A DNA stretch of 64,000 nt, taken from positions 121,212,001-121,276,000 of the forward strand of contig NC_058368.1 of the NCBI RefSeq assembly GCF_018350175.1. Direction: 5' to 3'. Position 1 is the first letter of the stretch. Every line of letters begins with the position of its first letter. Positions 53,170 to 64,000 of the stretch are shown piece after piece. Both the position numbers and the translations under genes were made by a program. This stretch comes from Felis catus. Taxonomy: Eukaryota. Under the pieces are notes generated by a model. It saw only the letters and a list, made by a program, of their open reading frames with translations, was not told the DNA's origin and made no database searches.

Positions 53170-54211
53170 TCTACTATTCAATTTTAATAGACAATACAAT
53201 TATTTCATTGTAGAATAGTTAGAAAGCATGGCTAAGCACTTAGAAAAACAATTTTTTAATTTTCAAAAATATCACTGCTTAGAAATAATCACTCTTGAAA
53301 TGCTGGTCTGGCCATCCAGCATTTTCTCAAGGTAAAAATATACGTATGTGTTTACAAGGAAAGCCTAGTTTTCGTTTATAATGAAAACATAACTGTTTTT
53401 AACCTCTTCTATTAAATTTAGTATATATCAGGAGTAATTCTCATATAGATTCTCTCATCAATTTTAATGACTGCAGGGTTTTCCACTGTGTGGGTGTATC
53501 ATAATTTATTCAACCAGTTCCGTTTATAATCTCCATAACGCTGTGCTAAACCTCCTAGCCCACGCATCTTTGCTCACGTGTCCCCAAGTTTCCCGAGGAT
53601 GAGCTGTGTTCCTGTGGTTTTCTTTTTCCCTAGGCTCCCTTTACTGTATCCAGGGACCAGCAGAAAAGCACTTCTCTATCATCCCGTCAGCAAGGGACTA
53701 TTCAGATCTTGTCTCTACCCCTAAACTGCTTGAAATTCCTTTTCAAGTAACATTGCGGTCTCGGAAGGTTCTTGGAGAACTGGAACACTGCCTGCTTACA
53801 CCCCCTTATGAGTAGCAAGACCACCCCCCGAGAAAGGGGACTATGTCACCCCACTGCTGAGGAAAGCACAAAGTAAAATACAATGCAAGTGACCCTGAAG
53901 GGCTATTAAACATAAGTTATTAGAACCTTTAGTTTGCCAAACTGACTCCAAGCAAGACGAGAGTGAGGCCATTTCTCTGTGTAGAAACCAGTTTCAATTA
54001 GAAAAAAATGCACTTCACTAAAATAATTATTTGGATAGACAACTAATTTGACAGTTCTTTAGCTGATTTTTTTTAAAGTGCTGACTGATCTCTGACTAAA
54101 TGTTTCTTTGTCTCAATGCTCCCTAATGATGCAAGCCCTCACAAGGTTTACACTTTCTAGACAAAGCGGAGGACAAATCATGCTGCAATCACTCTCACAT
54201 AGCACTTTGTC

Positions 54212-54547
54212 TCTCTTTTTTAAAGCTTGGTTTTAGTAATTTCCACACCCATCATAGGGCTCAGACTCACAACCCTGAGATCAAGAATCTCATGTTTCTG
54301 GGGCACTTGGGTAGCTCAGTAGGTTAAGCGTCTGACTTTGGCTCAGGTCATGATCTCACGGCTCGTGGGTTCGAGCCCCACAAAGGGCTCTGTGCTGACA
54401 GCTCAGAGCCTGCAGCCTGCTTGGGATTCTGTGTCTCCCTCTCTCTCTGCCCCTCCCCTGCTCACACTCTATCTCTCTCTTTCAAAAATAAATATGTAAA
54501 AAAAAAAAAAATCTCATGCTTCTCCAAATGAGCCAGCCAGATGCCCT
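54212..54547 (-). mobile_element. Short old-type CanSINE split by a younger SINE
   Basis: Halves ...GGGCTCAGACTCACAACCCTGAGATCAAGAATCTCATG and TGAGCCAGCCAGATGCCC; outer TSD AGCACTTTGT on both sides. Confidence 0.8.
54300..54509 (+). mobile_element. Felid CanSINE nested in the older antisense SINE
   Basis: TSD AATCTCATG(T/C)TTCT at 54286-54299 and 54510-54523. Confidence 0.93.
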
Positions 54548-54673
54548 TCATACAGCACTTTGTATTTTCAGGGACTTCTCACCTCAGTTGTCTCCCTGTC
54601 AACACTGTGGAGTAGGTAGAACTGATATTATTAACCTTTCCCTACAGACGATGATTATACAAGATGCCATTTA

Positions 54674-54894
54674 GGGACACCTAGGTGGCTCAGTCAGTTG
54701 AGCGTCTGACTTGAGCTCAGGTCATGATCTCATGGTTCTTGAGTTTGAGCCCCGCATCGAGCTCTGTGCTGACAGATCAGAGCCTGGAGCCTGCTTCCGG
54801 TTCTATGTCTCCCTCTCTCTGCCCCTCCCCCACTCACGCTCTGTCTCTCTCTGCCTCTCAAAAATAAAGAAATGTAATAAAAAAAATTTGTAAG
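54674..54894 (+). mobile_element. Felid CanSINE
   Basis: Full length. TSD AGATGCCATTTA at 54662-54673 and 54895-54906. Confidence 0.93.
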
Positions 54895-55456
54895 AGATGC
54901 CATTTATGGAGTATGTACTATGTATCAAGCAATATGCTAAATGCATTGTGAATATTATGTAGTCCTCACAACTGCCCTGATAAAGCACATATTCTATTAT
55001 TATCCCATTTTATAAATGGATAGATTTATGAATGATTAAATGACTTGATCATGGTCACATGACAGGAAAGAGGTCAAGCCAGAATTCCAAATCAATATTC
55101 AGGCCCCAGAAAGAGTCACTGACTCACTCAAGTTCACAGAGTTGTGGCCAAAATCCTGTTCCCTGCAGAGTGATTAAGAACAGGGCCTCTAAAATCAGAT
55201 AGTCTGAGTTCAGACCCACTATCTGCCTTTTCCCAGCTGTGTCCCCTTAGGCAAGGTACTAACCCACTCTGTGCCTCAGGTGCCCTACTTAGATATGGGC
55301 TAATAAGAATGTCTATCTCAAAGGTTAAAGAAGATGATCTACATCCAGCACTTAGCACATAGGGAGTGCTCAGTAATCAGTTAATAATGCTAAACATACT
55401 TCTGTCCCTCCAATCTGTAAGCTAAGTACATATTTCACTGGTCTGTGCCACTGCAG

Positions 55457-55726
55457 GTGCCAAGAGCAAAGGCCTTATGCAACTACCGAGGGCAGAATCC
55501 CGGTGACCTGAGGTTTAATAAGGGAGATGTCATCCTTCTGCGGAGACAGCTGGATGAGAACTGGTACCAGGGGGAGATCAATGGAATCAGTGGGATCTTC
55601 CCAGCCAGCTCCGTGGAAGTCATCAAGCAGCTGCCCCAGCCACCCCCTCTCTGCCGGGCCCTCTACAATTTTGACCTACGAGACAAAGACAAGAGTGAGA
55701 GCCAGGACTGCCTGAGCTTCCTCAAG
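55457..55726 (+). CDS. SH3RF2: SH3RF2 second coding exon (90 codons): complete SH3 domain 1 plus N-terminal half of SH3 domain 2
   Basis: Acceptor CTGCAG|GTG at 55456/55457; donor AAG|GTACAA at 55726/55727. Encodes [10 protein letters not shown]...DLRFNKGD...ENWYQGE...GIFPASSV and LCRALYNFD...CLSFLK, in frame with the RING exon. Confidence 0.96.
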
Positions 55727-56726
55727 GTACAATTCTAGGCAGCCATGGAGGTCACCAGCGACCACACAGATACTGTGCCACAACCTGGAGTTTTTAACAC
55801 TTGCTAATTTTTAAAACATATATATTTTACACAGAAATGTTTATATATGTGTGTGTGTGTGCAAATGTATGTAAAGTATGTGTGTGTATAATTCAAAACT
55901 AAATGGAAGTTGCCAGAGAAATCTACTAAAGAGTTTGATGCAAATCCTTAAACCTTTTCTATTGCAATTACAAAAATAGGTATTCACACATTCATCCATT
56001 CATTCATTCATTCATTCTCGTCACTCTTGAACACCTCTTTGCAGGCCCTGGAGATGCAGCCTGAACAAGTCCCAGTCTCTGTCCACAGGCAGAGTAGTGG
56101 GACAGACAGATAGGTGGACAACAGTTTACAAATACATTTTGACAGTGTGCTGTGCAAAACTACAAATCTTACCTCTTTACCCTTTTATCTAAGGACATTC
56201 TTGCTGACCAAGTTCTGAGCATCTAATTCTACTCTTTACAACATTCTATTTTATAGTAAACACTGTATTCAAAACATTCCAAACACATACAATAACATAA
56301 TTATACCTTTATATATAACTAACCTCTTACAAGTTGTATTTTCCAAGCACATTAATTAAGATTTTTTTCTGCCTTTTTTTTTATCAGAAAATTCTTCACA
56401 TGTGCAAGTAACAACACTTCTACTAAAGTCTAGACTGCTTTAATTCTCTGTATTCGGTATTTATGATTCCTTAAACAGTCAAATTCTCTCACAGAAGCCA
56501 AAGTTGAGGTGATTTTCACTCTTCGCTGCTTACGAGAAGTACATCAATACTAGAAGTGGCACTGGTATAGCAGCTCAGGAAAGGTCTTTTCTTCTGCAAA
56601 ACATTTTTATTCCACCACTACCAGAAATAAGACTTGCTGCAGATTGCCTCAGTCTCGATAACGTCACTGTACCCCATATTTTGAAATACTGATCATTGTT
56701 ACCTTGGCACCTCAGAGTGAGTCCTC

Positions 56727-56910
56727 TTTTTTTAAGTGTATTTATTTATTTTGTGAGAGAGAGGGAGACAGAGTGTGCGCACACACGCAGGAGACGGGCA
56801 GAGAGAGACAATCCCAGTCAGCGTGCCAGCCCAGTGAGGACTTGATTCCATGACCCATGAGACCAAGACCTGAGCCGAAATCAAGAGTCCGACACTCAAC
56901 ACTGAACCCC
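56727..56910 (-). mobile_element. CanSINE (slightly 5'-truncated)
   Basis: T-tail, (GA)n and GACCTGAGCCGAAATCAAGAGTCC; imperfect TSD starting CTCAG at 56711 and 56911. Confidence 0.85.
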
Positions 56911-58271
56911 CTCAGCATGAGCCCCTTAAGGAAGGTCATTCTGTAGCCCAAACTGCAAAGTCTGTGTTTCAATCACACTTAGAGGAAGGGGAGTTCAATC
57001 CCACAGACATTTATTGAGTATTTACTTTGGGCCAGGCATTAAACGCCGAGCCCTGGGGACACTGCCGGAAGAAGGCAGAGGCAGGAAGCGTCATCTTCCT
57101 TTTTTGCCCCTTTGTGGGACTTTGCAAACTGGGACACTTACTCAACCTGCTTGTTCATTCATTGAGCTCATCCATGTGCCAAGCTGCCTGCTGGATTAAA
57201 GTGATGAATCATTGTTCCTACCTTCAGAGAGCTGACAGACTAGTGGAAAGAACAGACATGGGAATGGAAAATTACGATAAAGGAACCAGAAGAGATTTGA
57301 TCCATTCTGGAAGCTATGAAAGGCTTAGGCTACACTAGGAAATTTCATGGTCTTCCTAAACTCAGCGTGTCCAAATTAAACCAAAAATCTTCCCTCCCAA
57401 AGCTGCTCTTTTCCTAGTGTTTTTCTATCTCAGTAAATTGTACAATTTACTCACACAGTGACTTATTCATGCATGCACACATTCATTTAGAAATTTATTG
57501 AATGACTACTAAATGGGAACCACTGTATTGAGTGCTAGGGACACAGAAAGGAACAGAACAGACACAGGCCCTGAACACATGGAGTTTATAGTCTGAGGGT
57601 GTAGACAAGCATTAAAGAAATCATAACCTATAAATGGATAATAGTAAATTGTGATAGGGGCAGAGAAAGGTAAGAAAAGGTATAATACAGTAATGAACTT
57701 AGATTCTGATTCATCTAAATTGCTGAGGGGCATGGATCAGAAGGCCAGAGCAATCAGTGGATGGATATTCAGATTTGGATTGATGAACATGTATGGATAT
57801 GGAAAGGTGTTCCTGATATGGTATACAGTGAAAAGTGTGTCTTACATGACTCCTTTTGTATGAAATATAAGGAGAGGCAGAATGAGTGTATATGCTAGGA
57901 GTCAGAATAGTGCTTACTTCTTGCTAGGCAATGGGAAAGGGCACAAAGGAGCCTTGTGGGTGCTGGAAATGGTCTATATCTCTTGATCTGGATGGGGGTT
58001 TCGTGCGTATAGTTAGTGTTAACATTCATCAAGCTTTACATCTAAACTTTATGAACTTTATTGTGTATATGTATGTATGTTTTCATCAAAGTTTTTAAAA
58101 ATCAATGTATATATATGTATACTTGGGTATGTTTTATCCTCAGAGCGAAGACTCTGGCTGGGAAATGTGCAAATAAGGATGTTAACAATGAGTGTAATTA
58201 TACTGTGGTAGAATTCTTTGTTTTGCATACTATATTTTCAAATGTTTCTACAAATCTTCATATAACCTTTT

Positions 58272-58456
58272 TTAAATGTTTATTTATTTATCTTGGAGAG
58301 GGGAGGGGCAGAGAGAGAAGGAGAGAGAGAATCCCAAGCAGCATCTGTGCTGTCAGCAAAGATCGATGCAGGGCTCGATCCCACAAACCATGAGATCGTG
58401 ACCTGAGTCAAAATCAAGAGTTGGATGCTTAACCAACTGAACCACCCAGGTACCCC
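58272..58456 (-). mobile_element. CanSINE
   Basis: TSD TATAACCTTTT at 58261-58271 and 58457-58467. Confidence 0.92.
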
Positions 58457-58906
58457 TATAACCTTTTATAATAGGAAAATTTTGAATAAAAAGCCACCTC
58501 ACATTTGATACATTAAAAATTGAATAGGTTCTGAAAATTCTTCAAAATTAGAATGAAATTTATTCTTCCTTTTGCTAAGCTAAAGATCTCCCTGTGGCTC
58601 CCATATTGATTTCTCCATCTGATTAATATAAATGAAAGCTCAGAATCTGCTGTTGATTGAAAATTAGAAACATTTCCAAATTTTCTATTGGATTCCACTG
58701 GTCCTCCAAATTATTTCTACTCCTCCTGTGGTCTTGGTGGCCCAATCCTTATGCCCTTTATGGAAGAAGATTTTACAAATAAATTATGAAAGAGTTACGT
58801 TTCTTGTACCTTACACCATCTGGGATTCCAAACTGCTCTCCACTAAAAACTTTCACCACCTGAAAACTGAGAGCAAATGCTGACCATGAGACCTTCTCTC
58901 TTTCAG

Positions 58907-59002
58907 GACGATATCATCACCGTGATCAGCCGAGTGGATGAGAACTGGGCAGAAGGCAAGTTAGGAGATAAAGTCGGCATCTTCCCAATCTTGTTTGTAG
59001 AG
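58907..59002 (+). CDS. SH3RF2: SH3RF2 third coding exon (32 codons): C-terminal half of SH3 domain 2
   Basis: Acceptor CCTTCTCTCTTTCAG|GAC; donor GAG|GTACGT. Manual translation [32 protein letters not shown] completes the SH3 motif. 96 nt, phase 0, absent from the ORF track. Confidence 0.95.
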
Positions 59003-59149
59003 GTACGTGAGTATCAAGTCTACATCTGATTCACGCCCACTCAGAAGAATGTATGTGCCACCGGGATGCCTGAGAGAAATTCCTTTTTGATATGAGGCTT
59101 ATTTCAGAAGTAACTAAAGTCTCCAAGGAAAAGATTCCAGAAGATAACA

Positions 59150-59880
59150 TTCAGTTCTGGCAAGTGTGTGGTGAAATGGACCTTTTTATTCTGATGGGAG
59201 TGTAAATAGTGCAGTGTCTCATACCCAAACTCAAAGAAACCCATGTCAATAACACTAAAAACCTACATCTCCTCTGATTCAGCAGTTGCATCAATCTGAC
59301 AGTTTATTGTAAAGAAATATTCAAACAAGTACACAAAGATATATGTGTTCATCATGGCGTTGTATGTAATGGTGAAAAGCCAGAAGTAATCTAAACATCC
59401 GACAATAAGGATTTCGGTTTTTTAAATTATGGTGAGGAAAAAATATATATACCCATTAAACATAATGTTAAAGAAAATTCAGTATTTTTGAGTATTTGGT
59501 ATATTATGAAAGACGTTTATGATTTGTTATTAAGTAAAGTTTAATGGGCATAGAGTTTCAGATTTAGAAGGTGAAGAAGTCCTAGAGATCTGTTTCACAA
59601 CAATATGAACATACTCAACACTGCTGAATTGTACACTTTACAATGGTTGTTGCGGTAAATTTTCTGTTACATGTTTTTTGCCACAATTAACAAATGGAGC
59701 TATATTAAACTAGCTTCATAAATATGTGTGTATATAAATGGACAGGGGGTGGAACGATATGTACAAAACTGTTAACGGTGGTGATCACCAGATAGTGAGA
59801 TTCTAGGTAATTTTCATTTTCTTCCGCTGCCCTGTATTTTGTAAATCTTCTGAAATAAGCATATATTACTTCTGGAGGTT
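59150..59880 (+). mobile_element. Old L1M fragments
   Basis: GATGGGAGTGTAAAT..., GAAATATTCAAACAAGTACACAAAGAT... and TTAATGGGCATAGAGTTTCAG...ACTGCTGAATTGTACACTT. Confidence 0.6.
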
Positions 59881-60658
59881 TTTTAAGCTCCCTTAAAAAA
59901 GAAGAGCACATACTAGACCCTATCTGCCTATTTCTCAAGTATAATACTATAACCTGGAGTTCCCAACCTCTCTAGCCTTGAGCCTCACCCTAGCTTGAGG
60001 CAGGTCATTACAAATTTAAGAGAGGCTTCATTGTTTAACTGCATTAATTGGATGCTTACAAGGCACAAAGCATTAAAAGTGAGCACTGGGGAGCTATGAA
60101 AGAAGGAAAAGGCATGTTTTCCACCCTCTAGGAAGGCAGGGTGAAAATAGAATGGAGAATAGAGTTGGAGAATAGAATAGAATAGAGTTGGAGAAAAAGG
60201 GCCAGTTCTTTCATTCATAAGAGCTAAAGCAGGTTCTAAGCTTTCAAGGTTCTCTATAGCTCTTCTAACTTGATGCTGAAGAGATGAAAAATGGAAGGGA
60301 AGGATAGAGGAAGGGTCCAGAGAGTCTGGTCATCTTACCATCTCTAGTCAACAGTATTCTCTTTACCAGTCCTTTTATCTTGCTGAGGCCCCTTTCAGGC
60401 ACACACACCCAATTCTCTCTACCTGTTCAAATTTCACTCATTTTACAAGGATCAGCTAGAACTGCTTTCTCCATAAAATTTCTAACCACTAGTTGAACAC
60501 TCAGTTGTCTCTTTCTTCTCCAAACACCTGAAGGGTGTATTGCTTATTCCTCACAGGCTAGCCTGACACAGAAAGGCTCTTTGTAAAAAAAAAAAAAAAA
60601 AAAAAAAATAGCTTAAAAAGTGAATGAAGAGAAAAAAATTAGAAAACAAACCATTCAG

Positions 60659-61062
60659 GATAAAGAAATTGTGGTTTATATACACAATGGAGTACTACAT
60701 GGCAATGAGAAAGAATGAAATCTTTTATAGCAACGTGGATGGAACTGGAGAGTGTTATGCTAAGTGAAGTAAGCCATACAGAGAAAGACAGATACCATAT
60801 GTGTTCACTCTTATGTGGATCCTGAGAAACTTAACAGGAACCCATGGAGGAGGGGAAGAAAAAAAAAAAGAGGTTAGAGTGGGAGAGAGCCAAAGCATAA
60901 GAGACTGTTAAAAACTGAGAACAAACTGAGGGTTGATGGGGGGTGGGAGGGAGGGGAGGGTGGGTGATGGTATTGAGGAGAGCACCTTTTGGGATGAGCA
61001 CTGGGTATTGTATGGAAACCAATTTGACAATAAATTTCATATATTAAAAAAAAAAAAAGAAA
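60659..61062 (+). mobile_element. Young felid L1 3' end (ORF2 C-terminus, 3' UTR, polyA)
   Basis: Translates IKKLWFIYTMEYYMAMRKNEI / FIATWMELESVMLSEVSHTEKDRYHMCSLLCGS* with one small frameshifting deletion; stop at 60823-60825; AATAAA near 61029. Perfect 18-bp TSD AGAAAACAAACCATTCAG at 60641-60658 and 61063-61080. Confidence 0.95.
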
Positions 61063-61563
61063 AGAAAACAAACCATTCAGTTTGACCCTGTCCTGTAAAC
61101 ATATATTCAATCATTCAACTAATGTTTCACTGAGTACCTGCTAAGTCAGGTCCTATGCTAAGTTCTAAAGATACAAAGAGATAATGGGTTCCTACTTGCA
61201 AGGACTATAAAGTCAGACGTTAATCAAGTAATTTTTAAGTGTGATGAATGATGCAAAGAATGAAAGGGAGGGAAATAAATGGGGGGAGGAGGGAACGATG
61301 TGCAACTGACCTGGGAAGGAGGTCAGCAAATACCTTGTATGCCAAGATCACCCAGATGGATAGGAGTTATGTAGGTAAGCACGGAGAGGAGAGTGTTTTA
61401 GGGAGTGGAGGTAACATATACCAAAGTCTGACAGGTTGAGGAAGTGTAGTGTATCCACAGGACCGAAAGAATACTAGAGCTGGAGCTTAGAAAGTAAGAT
61501 AGTAACCTGACACACCAGGGAAGTGAGTGGGAGACAGGTCACTGAGGGCTTTATAAATCATCC

Positions 61564-61962
61564 TGTATTCGTCAGGATGAACTAGGTTATGCTATGGTAA
61601 TAAATAGCCCCAAACTGCCAGTGACTTAGCAAGGAAAAACTTACTTCTCACCCACATTACATGTTTGGCACAGAACAGTGAGAAGCTGTGCTCACATAGT
61701 CACTCTAGAAAGCCACACTGAGGCTGGGCCACCTTGTAGTTGCCATCTGGAGCACATGGACTTCCCCAGTCTTCATAGCAGGGGAGGAGTAAGGAGGATT
61801 GAGTTGTGTATCAGCAAATGCCTCAGCTCAAAACTGACGCTTGTCACTCCACTCATGGCCCGTGGGCCTGAACCAGTCCCCTAGCCCCACCTGTCTTCAA
61901 GGCAGCTGAGAAGTACAGGGGAGCATGAGGAACATCTGATAAGTATGGTGGTCTGTGCCACA
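61564..61962 (-). mobile_element. MaLR LTR (MLT1I/J-like) inserted in an L2
   Basis: TGTATTCGTCAGGAT...CTAGGTTATGCT...GGTAATAAATAGCCCCAAA...TCTGTGCCACA; L2-like flanks at 61090-61560 and 61963-62580. Confidence 0.7.
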
Positions 61963-62052
61963 TGGTAAGAAGTTTGGGCTTGATCCAGAAGTCAGTAGAC
62001 ACCACTGGAAGATTCTAAGGGACACAGTAACTCCATCAGACCTGGGTTTCTT

Positions 62053-62248
62053 TTTGTTGTTGTTGTATATTTATTTTTGAGAAAGACTGGGGTACGGGCA
62101 GAGAGAGAGGGAGACAGAGAATCCGAAGCAGGCTCCAGGCTCTGAGCTGTCAGCACACAGCCCGACACTGGGCTCGAACTCACAGACCTCCAGACCATGA
62201 CTTGAGCCAAAGTCAGATGCTTAACCCACTGAGCCACCCAGGTGCCCC
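62053..62248 (-). mobile_element. Felid CanSINE
   Basis: TSD AGAC(C/T)TGG(G/A)TTTCTT at 62038-62052 and 62249-62263. Confidence 0.92.
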
Positions 62249-63882
62249 AGACTTGGATTTCTTAAAGTCTGCTCTTCTGGCTATAGTAAGAAGAATAATT
62301 TGAGGAGGAGAGAGGAAAAAGCAGGAAGGCCAGGTAGGAGGCTGGCGCATGGCTCCATTGGAAGATGACTGTGGCTTGGACTGGGAAACTGGAAACAAGT
62401 AGACAGATTCAAACACCATTTAGGAGGTAGATCCACAGGGCTTGGAGGTTGACAAAAGTGAGGAACAGGGGAGAGGGAGTGGTCAAGAATGCTTGCCCCA
62501 CTTTCTGCTTTATGTGCCTAGGTTAGTGGTGGTGGAGCCGCTACCAAAGAGGGACAATTACAGTGATGGGGAGACAGTGGTTAAATTTCCAAGGACAGAG
62601 ATCAGCTACAATCAATACCAAATTGGATACATAGGAGGTGCTTACATTTTTGCATTTTAGAGCTCGCGTGGTGCCCTGCATAATTTCAAGAAGCTTCTCC
62701 ATAGCTCTGGGGGGGAAAAAAGCACCATTGATTTTATTACCCATTTTTGGTACTCTTTTTTCGAAAATTTCTACATTTAATGATTATTCATTTGGACACT
62801 CTCCCCACCCCTTCACCTCTAAAATTAGTGATTACGAGAACCCTCAAGATTATCATCAAACTAGCCATTGCTTCGTTTGTTCTCCTAATTGCTAGGAGGG
62901 GAAAAAGATAATCAAGTGGTTGCTCTAATCTGGAAACCTGATTTTCAAAAATTACTTGAAATCTAAATTGAGCTTTTTAAAGCAGTACTTAAATTTTGAC
63001 TCCAGTCGTTTCATTAAGACTAGCACTTGCTAAGAACTCCTTAAACAAGTTTTGAATTATCAGTGCCATGCAAAGCAACTGAAAAGAAGGAAAGCTTTCT
63101 GGTAAGAGTGGCATGGGTTGTGTTTTTTTTTTTTCTTTTTTGCATAAACAGGATTTTTCTTGTTAATGCATCACTTGATTTATTGAATTACACCTGAATA
63201 AAAAGGTGGTAAAACAAATGCTGAGCTTATACCCATTCTTGTCAGGACTTCTCCAGTGAGGCCTGCCTGGGTTATGTGAACCTTGCTCAGCCCAATGAAC
63301 CTCAAGGATATTGTTTCAAACGAGTGGGTACAAATTTAAGAGATGTGCAGTCTTTCCCCAACCGAGCTATTAATCACGTTGGCAGAACACAGGCAGACCA
63401 AGAGTCACACAAAGTCCTTTGTCAATGTTGCTGATGAAAACACTGAAGGTGTTGCTCACCAGGGGAAAAAGAACAATTAGGAAGCAGGAAAAAAAAAATC
63501 AATTGATTTCATTCTAGCTGTGAATGACCATAAAGAACTTTACTCATTCAACTCAAAGAGTATATGTTGCCCTCTTACTAAATCAACAATGGAGGGATAG
63601 GTGCTCTGGGGAATGTAGACATTGTCCTGAGCCCACACTGCCATCAGAGCTTGCCGACACAACTTCTGTAACTTCCTAGGTAGTCTCCCTACTTTTACAC
63701 TGGTACGCTGGTACTTCTGAACAAAAAAATAAAAATAAAAACAAATACATAAAAGTCTAAACTTTTATGTATTTGTTTTTATTTGCATATGGCAAAATTT
63801 ACTCTTTTTGGGTCCACTTCTATACATTTTGGTAAATACATCCAGTATACCCACACGACCATCAAGATATAGAATAGTTCCA

Positions 63883-64000
63883 GAGTGCCTGGGTGGTTCC
63901 GTCGGTTAAGCGTCCGACTTCAGCTCAGGTCATGGTCTCACAGTTCGTGATTTGAGCCCCGAATTGGGCTGTCTGCTGTCAATGCGGAACCTGCTTCAGA
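63883..64000 (+). mobile_element. CanSINE, cut by the window end
   Basis: GAGTGCCTGGGTGGTTCCGTCGGTTAAGCGTCCGACTTCAGCTCAGGTCATG. Confidence 0.9.

Noticed and set aside
4106..55126. AP-1 (TGASTCA) cluster as a regulatory signature
   Set aside because: About 10 sites were seen, against about 8 expected by chance in 64 kb at uniform base composition, so there is no enrichment.
1..64000. CRISPR array, operon or other prokaryote-type system
   Set aside because: The sequence is a spliced mammalian locus with no regularly spaced repeat-spacer array. The short ORFs other than the SH3RF2 exons and the L1 remnants lack recognisable domains.

Overview
Mammalian genomic DNA, almost certainly from a felid carnivore: the CanSINE copies carry the cat-type TGCTGACAGCTCAGAGCCTGGAGCCTG segment, and there are felid-type L1 3' ends. 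The window holds the 5' part of SH3RF2 (POSH-family RING/SH3 E3 ligase) on the + strand. There is a candidate non-coding first exon ending at 3202, then three phase-0 coding exons: 4347-4724 (RING), 55457-55726 (SH3-1 plus first half of SH3-2) and 58907-59002 (second half of SH3-2; missing from the ORF track). Together they give 248 codons, and the gene continues beyond the window. The introns (one of 50.7 kb) are filled with CanSINEs, L1, L2, MIR, MaLR/ERVL LTRs, hAT DNA-transposon relics and microsatellites. I find no prokaryote-style novel system. The most notable observations are: a possible uORF/alternative-splice switch in the SH3RF2 5' UTR; a young L1 inserted antisense into an older L1 and truncated at the homologous ORF2-stop position; inverted repeats bracketing exons 3-4 (circRNA or skipping geometry); a tandem GTNNGT donor at exon 4; and several nested or unexplained insertions. 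Repeat family names come from recalled consensus sequences, not from a database search.
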